Source of the DNA: Octopus sinensis
Taxonomy: Eukaryota
Direction: 5' to 3'
NCBI RefSeq assembly: GCF_006345805.1
Contig: NC_043007.1
Location: 31,248,001-31,312,000, forward strand
Length of the DNA: 64,000 nt
Shown piece by piece: positions 39,551 to 52,670 of the stretch. The notes beneath the pieces were generated by a model that did no database searches, was not told where the DNA came from, and saw nothing but the letters and a program-made list of their open reading frames with translations. The stretch's first letter is position 1; each line of letters starts with the position of its first letter. A program made the position numbers and the translations under genes.

Positions 39551-39590
39551 ATACATACATACATTTATATATATATATTTTGATTGCCTC

Positions 39591-39651
39591 AATAACTGAA
39601 GAGATGCTGGAGCAGGTTTCTTCCCCGACATCCGAAACTCAGAGTCTTATT
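39591..39651 (+). ncRNA. Type I hammerhead ribozyme-like motif (near intact)
   Basis: Stem I aataa/ttatt, CTGAAGA, stem II gatg../..catc, GAAAC, pseudo-palindromic helix III ACTC-A-GAGT, GTC cleavage triplet. Confidence 0.6.
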
Positions 39652-39797
39652 ATAGCAACCGAATAATTGTCACATATTATATTACAGATATATGTATGTA
39701 TATATGTATGTATGTATATATGTATGTATGTATATCAGCTGTTGAATTTGAAAGTTTTGTGTATGAGAAAGCATCAAATTTTCTCTGACCCCCCCCC

Positions 39798-39842
<45 letters not shown>

Positions 39843-41425
39843 GAGAGGGGGGAATGAGAGATACTGTTGACTGGATTTATGTAGTTTTGCCACTTTGACA
39901 TATTCCATGACGGCTGATGTTGAACAGAAGTATTGGGTGTGGTAAAAAAAATTTTTTCTGTCTCTCTTGGTGAACGTGGTTGGTCATCGTTGTCATCTAC
40001 ACACTTAAATGCAGACACCAATAAGGAAAGCAAGCTGCCACCTTCACATAGGAAATGCTACTATCTGAGCCATTTAATGGTTGCCATTTCAATTGTAATA
40101 TAATTAAGTCAAGTCGGTTGGTTGTGGTTTTAAGTGACGTTGCTTGACATTTATAAAAAAAACTGTCTAAATTAGCCTGGATTGTATTCTGAAATCTTGT
40201 TTATAAGGTTATGACAATATTCTTGTAGTGTTTGAAAATTGAATTAATTATGAACATTTCTCATTTATGTCATAATGCCTTTTTTTTTTTTAGAAATATT
40301 CCAGGTATCTCGCTGAATAGTATGCCTCAGTCCCTTTTAATTGTTTTGGTCAGTGTTTCTTAAACACTTTTCACCTATGGACCCTTTTGATTCTTATCTC
40401 CCTTGGGTGGACCCTCATAGCCTTTTCAGGTTTAATAAATCCTATTATATTTTTATGGGTGCAGGCATTGCTTTGTGGTAAGATGCTTGCTTCCCAACAA
40501 CATGGTTCTAGGTTCGGTCCCATAGCTTGGCACCTCAGGCAAATGCCTTCTACTCTAGCCTTGGGCAGACCAAAGCCTTCTTAGTGGATTTGGTAGACGA
40601 AAACTGCAAGAAGCCCTACGCTCGAGAGGAACTCAGCCACTTTGCCCCTGTGAGGCCAACATTCATCTTTTGAATGTTGGGCCTCTTGGAGGTAAAGTGG
40701 CCGAGCTCCTTTCAAGTGTTGGGCCTCATGGAGGCAATGACCAAGACCTTTGGCATTATGTCATGCTTGAGAAGAAGTCCCATCAAGCCAAGTAAAATTG
40801 CAGTCGTGGCAGATACTGGTGTCATGCAAATGGTACCCATGCCAGTGGCATGTAAAAGCACCCATTACCCTACCCTACAATGCCAGTGGCATGTAAAAGC
40901 TCCTCACACCTACCTTCATTGAAATCTCAAAGCCATGAGGTAATCCATGATTAATTGAAAACAATCTTAATAAATAAGTTATTACATTTGACTAAAGAAT
41001 AATCTGAATGCTAAAGAGTTAATTGCATAAATAAGGAGCCATCAATTTAAGCAAATTATCCTAATTTAGATATTTGAATATATTTTAGACTCCAGCATCA
41101 AGTAAAATTCATATCACCTCCACCACATTCATCATCATCATCATTGTCATCATTTAACATCCACTTTTCCATGTTTGTAAGGGTCAGATGAAATTTGTTG
41201 GGGGTAGATTTTTCTATGGCTGGATTCCCTTCCTGTTGCCAATCTTTACCTTGTTTCCAAGCAATGTGATGTTTTCACAGAAGATTGGAAACAAAGTACA
41301 CTGCTTGTATGACGGGGAAACTCATTTACGATGTTAAGACCAGGAGATGCAACCACACACAAACATCCACCCATGCATCTGTATGTCTATGCAACATGCT
41401 TCCACACAGCTTCTGTCAACTGGTT

Positions 41426-42210
41426 CTAGGAAAGTTTACCATAGGAAAGTTCGCTCCATAGGAAATTTTGCCGCAAAACTAAAATGAACTGCCCCCCCCC
41501 TTGGTATATAATTGTTTCAACCATTGAAAGGGGTAAAGCAATTTCTTAACTCATTTAAAATTTCTTATTTCTTTATTGCCCACAAGGGGCTAAACATAGA
41601 GGGGACAAAATAGGACAGACAAAGGGATTAAGTCAATTACATCGACCCCAGTGAATAACTGATACTTGATTTATCAACCCCAGAAGGATGAAAGGCAAAG
41701 TTGACCTCAGTGGAATTTGAACTCAGAACGTACCGGCAGACGAAATAGCTATTTCTTTACTACCCACAAGGAGCTAAACACAGACAGGGCAAACAAGGAC
41801 AGACACAGGGATTAAGTTAATTATATCGACCCCAGTGCGTAACTGGTACTTAATTTATCGACCCCGAAAGGATGAAAGGTAAAGTCGACCTCGGCGGAAT
41901 CTGAACTCAGAACATAATGGCAGACGAAATACGGCTACGCATTTCACCCGGCGTGCTAACGTTTCTGCCAGATTGCCGCCTTCCTAACTCATTTAAAATT
42001 TCTGAAAATATTTTTGCTACACAAAAAAAATATATTGTCAAATGAATAAATTTTAAATGAGTTAAGTAATTGTTTTACTCCTCATTGGTTGAAACACTTA
42101 TATATTAAGGGGACCGATTCATCTTTTGTCTTACAGCAAAATTTCCAATGCAGTGAATTTTCGTATGGGCAAAAATCCTGATGCAAATTTTCCTGCAGCA
42201 AACTTTCTGG
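41426..42210. mobile_element. Non-autonomous DNA element with repeated-motif inverted ends (MULE-like?)
   Basis: Left ggaaagtt/ggaaatttt repeats, right aaattttcc/aaactttc repeats; SINE B dimer inside. Confidence 0.5.
41566..41984 (-). mobile_element. SINE family B dimer with 19-bp TSD, inserted in a DNA element
   Basis: TSD taactcatttaaaatttct at 41547-41565 and 41985-42003. Confidence 0.9.
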
Positions 42211-42324
42211 ATATGCTGTCAACCAAATTCACTTATAAGGCATTGATTGGTTGGCCTTTGGCTATAGTAAAAGGCATTTGCCCAAGGTACCATGCAGTAG
42301 GACTGAACCTGAAACTGCTGAAGC

Positions 42325-42655
42325 CCCCTTCGGTCATGACTGACCATGGGATTGCACCTAGAAAGTTACCCTCCCAGGCACAAGTTCAGGCAAGGTTGTT
42401 TATGGAAGACCAGCAGTCGCCCATGCATACCAGCCTCACCTCTCTGTGCCACTGATGTTATCCAAGGGAAAGACAAAGGGGCCGATACAGCTTGGCACCT
42501 GTGACGTTGCAACTCATTTCTACAGCCGCGTGAACTGGAGCAACGTGAAATAAAGTGTCTTGCTCAAGAACACAACACGCAGCCCGGTTTGGGATTTGCA
42601 CTCACAACCTCACGGTCGTAAGCTCGATGCTCTAACCACTGAGCCATGCGCCTTC
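42325..42655 (-). mobile_element. SINE family D
   Basis: Similarity to 6460-6795. Confidence 0.75.
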
Positions 42656-43875
42656 CCCTGAAACCACCTGGTTGCAAATCAAACTTCTTAACCATACAGC
42701 TATGCATGGCTTTCTTTTTTTTTTCTTTCTTTTTTACTAAGAGAAGAAAGGCCCTCTCAGATATTCAAAAAGCGTTTTTGGCCCTCGATACCCTTCACTG
42801 ATACACTATCCAAAAGCCTAGACACAGGCAACCCATCAGCTTTTGTGTGTGTGTGTGACACCTAATGAAAGAGAGAGGTGTGAACGGAAGCAGTGCAGGA
42901 CAGAAGGCCAAAACCCATTTAGCAATAACATTGATGGATGTTATGATTTATGTTCTGCAGGTTTAAAGGTCGTTGGTGCCCTTTATTCTCCCCCCCCCTG
43001 ACCGCTGCTAGTTTGCATCGTGAGTGTTGATGTCTTGTTGATTCAACTGGCGCCACCAGACATATTTCACCTGCTGCAAGTGTCTTAGTAAAAGGCTACC
43101 TGTGCATGTGTGTGCATGCATGCGTGTGTGTGAGAGAGAGAGAGAAGTACCCTGGGAAAGTTATGGTCTTAATTACAGTCATGCTAATACCTACGTGTGA
43201 TAATATCAATGTGCCCCCTACCACCACACACACAAAACTACCTCGCTTTTCATTCCATGTGGACACGCCCATTCACATGTAGACATTCACCTACCCCGTA
43301 CTCAGTTACACAGCAACTGTCTTGCAGTCGCGCGCACCCTCTCTCACACATACACACAATCTCTTTCCTCTCACTGGTACACTCACACATGTACACACAC
43401 ACACACTCACTCACTCACACCCTCTTGCACACTCATTCACATCCACTCACGCATACACCCTGACATTACATAGTCACATATCCACTGCCTTGCACACACA
43501 CACACGCACTGACACTGACACGTCCGCTCACGTGTACTTACTGAGTCACGCATGCACCGTCTCATTCACTCCCACATGCGGTCTCTCCCTTAACACCCCC
43601 ACATGTGGGCAGAGGTTTACTATAGCACACAATATAATAATATATACATATAATTATACAACTTGTACATACATACATAAACACGCATATTTATATATAG
43701 TTTGACAAGTGCCTTCTCTGAAGCTTAATTAAGGGCCTTATGTAGCTTCACAGCTAATTTATCTATCTATCTATCTATCTATACACACATCTATATATCT
43801 ATCTACATACACATTTAGCTATCTATCTACATACACACATATATGCATGTATGTTCAAATACACACACACATAAA

Positions 43876-43909
<34 letters not shown>

Positions 43910-43959
43910 TTCCACACAAGTGTAATTTTATTAAATATTAAATATTCAAAATTATTTTT

Positions 43960-44222
43960 CTCGGCAACATTCTCCTCCAACCAACGAAAATCCACTTCGC
44001 TCCATCTCCACCCTTCTTCACATCAACCTTTCTTCAAAGCTGTCTCTTTCGCCACCGCTCGAATCCCCCCTCCTGCCTCCATCCCCCGCCCCAGCAACAA
44101 ACTCCCTACCGCAATCAGCTCCCTAATGGCCCCCCTCCCCCTCGTCCTACTACGCAGCATAGAACCTATCACTTCACTCCAAAACACCTGATATTACAAA
44201 GAAGCCATTCATTCTCCCTGAA

Positions 44223-44261
<39 letters not shown>

Positions 44262-44660
44262 CCTGCTCCCTCCCTCCCTCCCTCCCTCCCTCGAGTTCCT
44301 TCGCTGCTGAACATAAACATATATGGTTAGATTTTTCAGACCAGACCAGCCAGTGTTTGTTAGCAGATGGAGCCGGGGCTGGGGGCTCGGCTCGCACAAC
44401 ACACACACAAACTACTGCTGACACTCTACTGTCGCTCACTAATTATGTTAGATAATATAATTATATATATGTGTGTGTGTGTGTGTGTGCTTCTGTAACA
44501 CGTGTGTATATAAGCACTTGCAGTAGGTTGCAGTTCGCTTCGATGGACTGAGATGTGTACTCGCTTCTAAGTTGTTGAGTTTTACGGAGCCCCGTCCTCG
44601 CGCGCCTCTGGATGGGTGTATAATACAAGTATGTACATGCATACGTGCGCGCGCACACAC
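43960..44660. promoter_or_regulatory. CpG-rich island, possible internal promoter/enhancer
   Basis: Around 30 CpG in 0.7 kb by eye, well above the flanks; not a dispersed repeat seen elsewhere in the window. Confidence 0.35.
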
Positions 44661-45789
44661 ACACATATAGACATACGTATATAAGTATACCTACACACAC
44701 ACACACACACACATAAATATACGTGTATGTGTGTGTGTCTGTATTTATGTCACGGAGTAATTATGAGTTGGGGTACCTCCAATAAGTTATACTTCGCATA
44801 AATGAATCCAAGATGTACCTCGTTCAAGACTCCAGTCTTAATACACATGTGTGCATATCTTTACACACACACACACATATTTCTTTATTGCCCACAGAGG
44901 GGCTTAAACATAGAGGAGACAAACAAGGACAGACAAAGGGATTAAGTCGATTACATCGACCCCAGTGCGTAACTGGTACTTAATTTATCGACCCCGAAAG
45001 GATAAAAGGCAAAGTCGACCTCGGCGGAATTTGAACTCAGAACGTAACGGCATTTCACCCGATACACACACACACATATACACACACATACACATATATA
45101 CATACATATATTATGCACACATATATATACACACACATATATACACATGTACATATATATACACACACATATATATACACACATATATACATATATATAT
45201 TATGCATGTACATATATATACACACACACACACACATATATATACACACACGCAGGCATTCACCAACCACACCTATGTGCGTGAAACTGTTCAATTTCTC
45301 AAATGTCTGTCTGTGTGGGCGCTTGTTTTATGCATTCAATGTGTACAAGTGTCTGTCACGTTTGTTGCATGCGTGTGTGTGTGTGTGCGTGTGTGTGTTA
45401 GTGTGTGTGTTAGTGTGTGTGTGCTGGTGCTGTTTAAGTTTTGAGGGTCCGGCAGGTGGGTGGAAGATTTTAATAACCTTGATGTGAGAAAAAAAAAGGC
45501 ATGAAATACTTAGAAAACGGTGGGAGGAAGAGGGGGAGGAGAGACAGACAGGGAGAGGGTTGGTAGGAGGGAGACCAATGAAAAGAGTGTTGGTGGCGGC
45601 GGTGGTGGTGTGTATTGTGAAAAGTGCCTCAGAGAAGAATTTAATTTCGTAGAAGCTTATGACGAGGGGAACCTTTAATGGTTCGAAGTCAGTCTGCTAG
45701 AAATAACAGCCAGACCTCTCTCTCTCGGTATTACGCCCCGTCGTCTTACTTAAATAAGAAAGCAGACAGGTTTAGACAATGTGGCTTTA

Positions 45790-46045
45790 TATCTATCTGT
45801 CTGTCTAACTATCTATCTATCTGCCTGTCTATCAATCTATCTAGCTATCTGTCTATCTGTTGGTCTATCTATCTGTCTGTCGGTCTATCTATCTGTCTGT
45901 CTGTCGGTCTATCTATCTATCTATCTATCTAGTTAGCTATCTGTCTGTCGGTCTATCTGTCTGTCTGTCTAACTATCTGCCTATCTATCTGTCGGTCTAT
46001 CTAGCTATCTGTTTGTCGGTCTATCTATCTGTCTATCTATCTATC
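45790..46045. repeat. (TCTA/TCTG)n tetranucleotide tract
   Basis: Seen directly. Confidence 0.9.
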
Positions 46046-46243
46046 CCTAATGTTTGTTTTAAAATATAGTACGGGGTGGTCGCAGCCGGATTGCCTTTGA
46101 TCACTGACACCCACCCACGCGGGGTTACGACAACGACACACTTTTTTTTTTCTGTAGCGTGCTCTCCTTAATGAATGGAACATAAATCCCAGCAGAGAGC
46201 GAAGTGAAAATGCCTGGTCCCTCACACAAAAGTGTCCGCTGAC

Positions 46244-46365
46244 CAACCAACCAACCAACCAACCAGCCAACCGACCAACCAACCAACCAACCAACCAACC
46301 AACCAACCAATCGACCGACCGACCGACCAACCAACCAGCTTGCCAACCGACCGGCCGGCCAACCG
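46244..46365. repeat. (ACCA/ACCG)n tetranucleotide tract
   Basis: Seen directly. Confidence 0.9.
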
Positions 46366-46660
46366 ACCATTCATTCTTACTGCAGTGGGGGATAGTAACT
46401 CTACTATAGCTAAAGATTATTGAATAACAAAAACCAATTTCAGCTATTGTAGTGTCTAGTTGCTGTTTATAGTAGTAGTAGTGGTGGTAGTGGTGGTGAT
46501 GGCGGAGGTGCAGCCTTTAACTCTTAGCATATACATAGATACGTGCTCACACACATACACACAACACGCTTTTGCGCACGAGTGTGTGTGTGTGTGTGTG
46601 GTTACGCCGGTATAAATGAAATTAACATACCAACTATTTCAGAAAAAGTCCAGAAATATA

Positions 46661-47450
46661 CTTTTCTACTCTAAGGCACAAGGCTCGAAATTTATAGGAA
46701 AAGGGCGCCAGTTGATTAGATTGACCCCAGTACGCAACTGGTACTTAATTTACCGACCCCGAAAGGATGAAAGGCGAAGTCAACCTCGGCGGAATTTAAA
46801 CTCAGAACATAAGAGCAGACGAAATACCTATTTCTTTACTACCCACAAGGGGCTAAACACAGAGGGGACAAACAAGGACAGACAAAGGGATCAAGTCGAT
46901 TATATCGACCCTAGCGCCTAACTTGTACTTATTTAATCAACCCTGAAAGGATGAAAGTCAAAATCAACTTCGGCAGAATTTGAACTCAGAACGTAAAGGC
47001 AGACGAAATACCGCTAAGCATTTTGCCCGGCATGCTAACGTTTCTTATTTCTTTATTACCCACAAGGGGCTAAACATAGAGGGGACAAACAAGGACAGAC
47101 AAACGGATTAAATCGATTACATCAACCCCAGTGTGTAACTGGTACTTAATTTATCGACCCCAAAAGGATGAAAGGCAAAGTCGACATCTGTGGAATTTGA
47201 ACTCAGAACATAAAGACAGACGAAATACCTGTTTCTTTATTACCCACAAGGGGCTAAACACAGAGAGGACAGACAAACAGATTAAGTCAATTATATCGAC
47301 TCCAGTGCGTAACTGGTACTTATTTAATCAACCCCGAAAGGATGAAAGGTAAAGTCGACCTCTGTGGAATTTGAACTCAGAATGTAAAGACAGACGAAAT
47401 ACCACTAAGCACTTCGCCGGTGTGCTAGCATTTCTGCCATTTCGCTGCCT
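46661..47450 (-). mobile_element. SINE family B tandem array of four units (two dimers)
   Basis: Four head-to-tail core repeats, alternating full and 5'-truncated units. Confidence 0.85.
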
Positions 47451-47789
47451 TAAAGTCCAGAAATATATTCAAATACAAACACCCCTACATCCCCCCCCCC
47501 ACACACCACTATACCATGATGACCTGAACTTGTCTGTCGGTTGTCTGTATTACCACCAAGTGTTTATTCTGCAAAGAAAATTATAGAGAATTGGGGGTAG
47601 AGTGAGGGCCGGCCCGGAAACTTTTTTCCTCGTCAGTGTCATCATCCTATAGGTAAATTAAAAGACAGACACACACACACACATGCCACTGGCCTCTCTG
47701 AGTTATTTCCCTTCTCAACCTGCACATTTCCTATACATTTTTACACTTTTACTTGATACAGTCATTTGACTACGGCCATGCTGGAGCAC

Positions 47790-48040
47790 CACTTAGAAAA
47801 TGTTCCTTCTCGAGCCATGCCAGGCACATAAGGGCCGGTTCCCCGGTTACAGTGGCGTAGAAATTCCCCACCCGGACGGGACGCCGGTCTATCGCAGGAT
47901 TACTCACTTTTGCCAGCTGAGTGGACTGGAGCAACATGAAATGAAGTGTTTTGCTCAAGAACACAGCGCATTGCCCAGTCCAAGAATCGAAACTACAACC
48001 TTACAATCATGAGTTCAACACCCTAACCACTAAGCCACAC
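47790..48040 (-). mobile_element. SINE family D head with an alternative (L2-like) tail
   Basis: Head shared with D; tail cccacccggacgggacgccggtctatcgcagg. Confidence 0.65.
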
Positions 48041-49596
48041 ACCACATAGCTAACTTTTATTTCTATGGATCCTGTATTCTTTCACTCAACATCAGATTTT
48101 AGGCTCTTGGTCTGGTCTGAGCTTCTTTGGTGTGTACATATGTCTCACATTTTCTGATCTGTTACTGGTCGTGTGTGTGTGTGTTCATTATTATTTAATG
48201 TCTGTGAGATGGCAAGCTAAAAGAATCGTTAGTTAGCATGCCAGGTGAGATGCTTAGCAGTACTTCATCCATCTTTACATTCTGAGTCCAAATTCTGCTG
48301 TGGTTGACTTTGTCTTTCATCCTTTTAGGATCAATAAAATAAGTACCAGTTATGCACTGGGGTTGAAAAAACAAGTACCAGTTATGCACTGGGATCAATG
48401 CAATTGACTAGCCCCCCCCCCTTCCCCCCAATTTTAGGCCTTGTGCCTATAGTGGAAAGGATTACTTTAAAGTCTGTATTCAGTGTTGGCATGGTTTGGA
48501 TGGTGTCACAGGAGGTTGTTAAGCCAGAGGACTGAGCCAAGCTCCACTGTGTGCTTTGGCAGGGCTTTTATAGCTGGATGCCCTTCCTAATGCCAACCAC
48601 TTTATGGATTGGACTGGATGGTTTTTTTATGCAGCACCATCACTGGCAAGGTCTGCTTTGGCATGGTTTTTGCATTCCAAATAAATGCCAACCACTCTAC
48701 AGAGTGGACTCGATGCTTTTTACATAGCACAAACACCAGCAAGGTTTTCTTTGGCATGGTTTGTATGGCCGGATGCCCTTCCAAATGCCAACCCCTTTCC
48801 GGAGTGAACTGGATATTTTTTTATGTGGGCCCCAGTACTGGCAAGATCACCAAGTAACTTGCAAGACAAAGAGACCCTCTGTGGGACAAGTTGAAATAAG
48901 TGGCTTTGCACCTGATGACGAGAAGTTGGAGTATGGGAGTATGACAGGGGGACAGAAACGGGTGTGTTGCTGCTAGAGGTAATAATACATGGGTACCCCA
49001 GTTGGAGAGAGTGAGAGAGAGAGATGGGGGGGGGGGAGATAGAGAGACTAGTAAAAGTGTCAGGAATGCTCCTAACATGAACTTCTGCTGTTTTCTGGAC
49101 AGAATCCAATTTCTTTTGATGGTGTTCTGTAGGAGGAGGAGGTTGGGTGAGAGATATTGAGTAAGTTTTTCAGAATATTACTTTTAAATTGATAAGAAGT
49201 CGTTAATAAAGGGTTTCTCACACAGACAATGAAACCTGAGATATTTAGACAAGACTTAATATTACAAGTTATTGCGATCCCCTGCAGGGTTATCAGCAAC
49301 ATGAAATAGCTCCGTTTTTTTTTTTGCCTCTTTGATACTGGTTGGCATGTTTAGTTGGTTTTTTTTGGGGTTTTTTTTTTACCTGTACCTCTTCATCAAG
49401 TATTCACCACTAAGGCAGTGCTCCAGCATGGCCACAGTCAAATGTCTGAAACTAGTAAAAGAATGTCGTATGATTAAGAATGAGCAAACAGGCAAACCTT
49501 AACGTGCGCTCAACCTCACCAACCGAATTCCTGCCAGACTTCACCCACAACTGTCATACTATTATGAAGGACACGTTGGATAATTTAGTCATCTTG

Positions 49597-49815
49597 TATT
49601 TCTTTACTATCCACAAGGGGTTAAACACAGAGAGGACAAAAGGATTGAGTCGATTACATCGACCCCAGTGCGTAACTGGTACTTAATTTATCGACCCCGA
49701 AAGGATGGAAGGCAAAGTTGACCTCGGCAGAATTTGAACTCTGAACATAACGGCAGACGAAATACGGCTACGCATTTCGCCCGGCGTGCTAATGATTCTG
49801 CCAGCTCACCGCCTT
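49597..49815 (-). mobile_element. SINE family B monomer
   Basis: 11-bp flanking repeat tagtcatcttg (49586-49596, 49821-49831). Confidence 0.8.
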
Positions 49816-51261
49816 TAATGTAGTCATCTTGGACATAGAGGAAGGATGGGACGGTCAAAGTTGGAATGTCTATGGTCCTGCTAGTGGCACATAAAAAGCA
49901 CCATTCAAGCATAGTCGTTACCAGTACCACCTGACTGGCCTTTGTGCTGGTGGCTCGTAAAAAGCACCCACTACACTCTTGGAGTGGTTGATGTTAGTAA
50001 GGACAATCAGCTGTAGAAACCATGCCAGATCAGATTGGAGCCTGGTGCAGCCTCTGGCTTGCCAAGTCCTCAGTCAAACTGTCCAACCCATGCCAGCATG
50101 GAAAGAAGACTTTAAGTGATAATGATGATGATGAAGGTACGAGGCCAGTAATTTTGGAAGATGTGGGTTAGTGGATACCTTTGACCTCAACACATGACTG
50201 GGAGTCTCTTTCATTGACCCTGGAAGGATGAAAGGCAGCATTGACCTCAGCTAGATTTGAACTCAGAATGTAAAGAGCCAGAGGAAATATTGGATTCAAA
50301 TTTTGGTACCTGCTCCTTTGTAACCATCAGTGTGATGTTAAGACAGACACACATGCATACGCGCACACACACGCGCTCCACAGTGGGACCTTCAGTTTCT
50401 GTGTACCAAATCCACTCACATGGCTTTGGTTGACCTGGGGCATAGTCTATTGTAAAAGACACTTGCCCAAGGTTCCACACAATAAGACTGACCCCAAGAC
50501 CTCATGGTTGTGAAGCAAACTTCTCAACCACACATCCATCCCTGCACCTGATTGTGATGTAAATCACAAACAATTGTACATGCTCTTCTCACTAGGGCCA
50601 GTCCTCTTGTGTTAAACCTACATTATGTATATGATAAGATATGGATGCACAAGTTGAGGAGGGTTTTTTTTTTATCAAATATTTTATGTTCCACCCAGAT
50701 ACACAGAAATAGGACAGTTCAGTTATGACTTACTAAGTCATTTGCAAGTTCTCAACTATCTTCTCTGTTAAATAAGTAGCATAACACTTTTAAAACACGG
50801 TAATTATTCTGTTATCGTTCTTTTATCACATTCAGCCAGAGGCTGTGATCATGCTGGGGCACTTCTATTAAAGTGTATTTCACCCCCACCAGTGGAGAAT
50901 TTATTTCTTTACTGCCCACAAGGGGCTACACACAGAGGGAACAAACAAGGACAGACACACGGATTAAGTCGATTATATCAACCCCAGTGCGTAACTGGTA
51001 CTTATTTAATCAACCCCGAAAGGATGAAAGGCAAAGTCGACCTCGGCGGAATTTGAACTCACAACATAGCAGCAGACGAAATACCGCTAGGTATTTCGCC
51101 CGGCATGCTAACGTTTCGGCCAGCTTGCCGCCTTAGACTTCTCGCAGCAGAGAATTGAACCCCAGTCTGCTACAGCTGAGGAGTAAACGTAGGAAATTTC
51201 TTTTGAAGAAGTCAGTCTCTTGGTGATTTTCACCTCCAGTTGCAGAAATTTTATTTCCAAA

Positions 51262-51632
51262 TTATTATTTCTTCTGCCTTTTTGAAGGTGGAGGTATTGT
51301 TTCAGTCGTGTTTGTTTGTTTGTCCATGGACAAGATATCTCAAGAACCAGTGGATGGATTCCGATGAAACTTTCGGGAATGTTTGGCCTCGTGACTGGCA
51401 TGAACTGATTAGATTTTGGGATCGATCTGGTACCAGACAAGGATTCTGGATTTTTTTTAAGATATTTTACTTACTTTTTGAGAGCGGTCGAGTTCATTTT
51501 TAGTGATCTCATTTGTGAGAGCAGTTGAGTTTATTTCAGATATTCTCATTTTAAAAAATCCTCTCCGGCTAATCGTTGAGAGGATGTTGGTGTTGCCTTG
51601 GCAGAAGTTTTCTCTCATTGAGTGCTCTTGTT
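51262..51632 (+). mobile_element. Helentron-associated (HINE/DINE-1-like) non-autonomous element
   Basis: Subterminal inverted repeat cttctgcc (51271-51278)/ggcagaag (51600-51607), 5' stem-loop, internal (GTTT)n. Confidence 0.6.
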
Positions 51633-51634
51633 AT

Positions 51635-52025
51635 ACTCTTTCTTTTACTCTTTTACTTGTTTCAGTCATTTGACTGTGGCCATGCAGGAGCACCACCATT
51701 AGCCAAGCAAATCGACCCCAGGACTTATTCTTTGTAAACCTAGTACTTATTCTATTGGTCTCTTTTTGCCGAACCGCTACATTACGAGGATGTAAACACA
51801 CCAGCATCGGTTGTCAAGCGATGTTGGCAGGACAAACAGACACACAAACATATACACACACACACATACATACATATATAACGACGGGTTTCTTTCAAAT
51901 CCACTCACAAGGCTTTGGTCGGCCCAAGGCTATAGTAGAAAACACTTGTCCAAGGTACCATGCAGTGGGACTGAACCCAGAAGCATGTGGTTTGTAAGCA
52001 AGCTACTTACCACACAGCCACTCCT
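51635..52025 (-). mobile_element. SINE family A, full length
   Basis: Similarity to other A copies. Confidence 0.8.
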
Positions 52026-52534
52026 ATTTTTATTAGGTGACAAACTCGCAGAATCGTTAACTCACCTGACAAAATGCTTTGTGGCATTTTCATCAGTCTT
52101 TGTGTTCTGAGTTCAAATTCTGCCAAAGTGGACTTTGCTTTTCATCCTTTCAGGACCAATAGATTAAGTACCAGTGAAACACCCTGGGGTCAGTGGAATC
52201 AACTCATCCCCTCCCCCAAAATGGCTGCCCTTGTCGCAAAATTTGAAACCATCATTATTATCACCTGAGAGCAGAATAGGTACATACTACATCTCCTACC
52301 CAGCCTTTTCAGTTACCTTTCTCCCCCCACTCCCCACCTCAAACCATTTTGGCTGCCCATGTGGCAAAATTTGAAATCATCATCATCATCATTATTATTA
52401 CCTGAGAGTAGATTAGGCAATCAACTATTGCCTTCCCCCAAAATTTCAGGCCTTGTGCCTTTAGTAGAAAGGATTATTATTATTGTTATTATTATTATCA
52501 TCATCATCATCATTGCCTTTGCACATCTTCTAAC

Positions 52535-52670
52535 ACTGGAGATGTACTACGGTGTCAGCTGTTCACTACCAGTGAACTAAGGTAACACCCCTTATTTTTC
52601 GAGCACCTTCCGGAGTATTCGAGTGGTTCCGAGCAGTGCTATTATTATTATTACTATTATTATTATTATT
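52535..52670 (+). mobile_element. Probable 3' UTR remnant of a non-LTR element with (TAT)n tail
   Basis: GC-balanced structured segment (hairpin gttcact-acc-agtgaac) ending in a simple-repeat tail. Confidence 0.4.
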
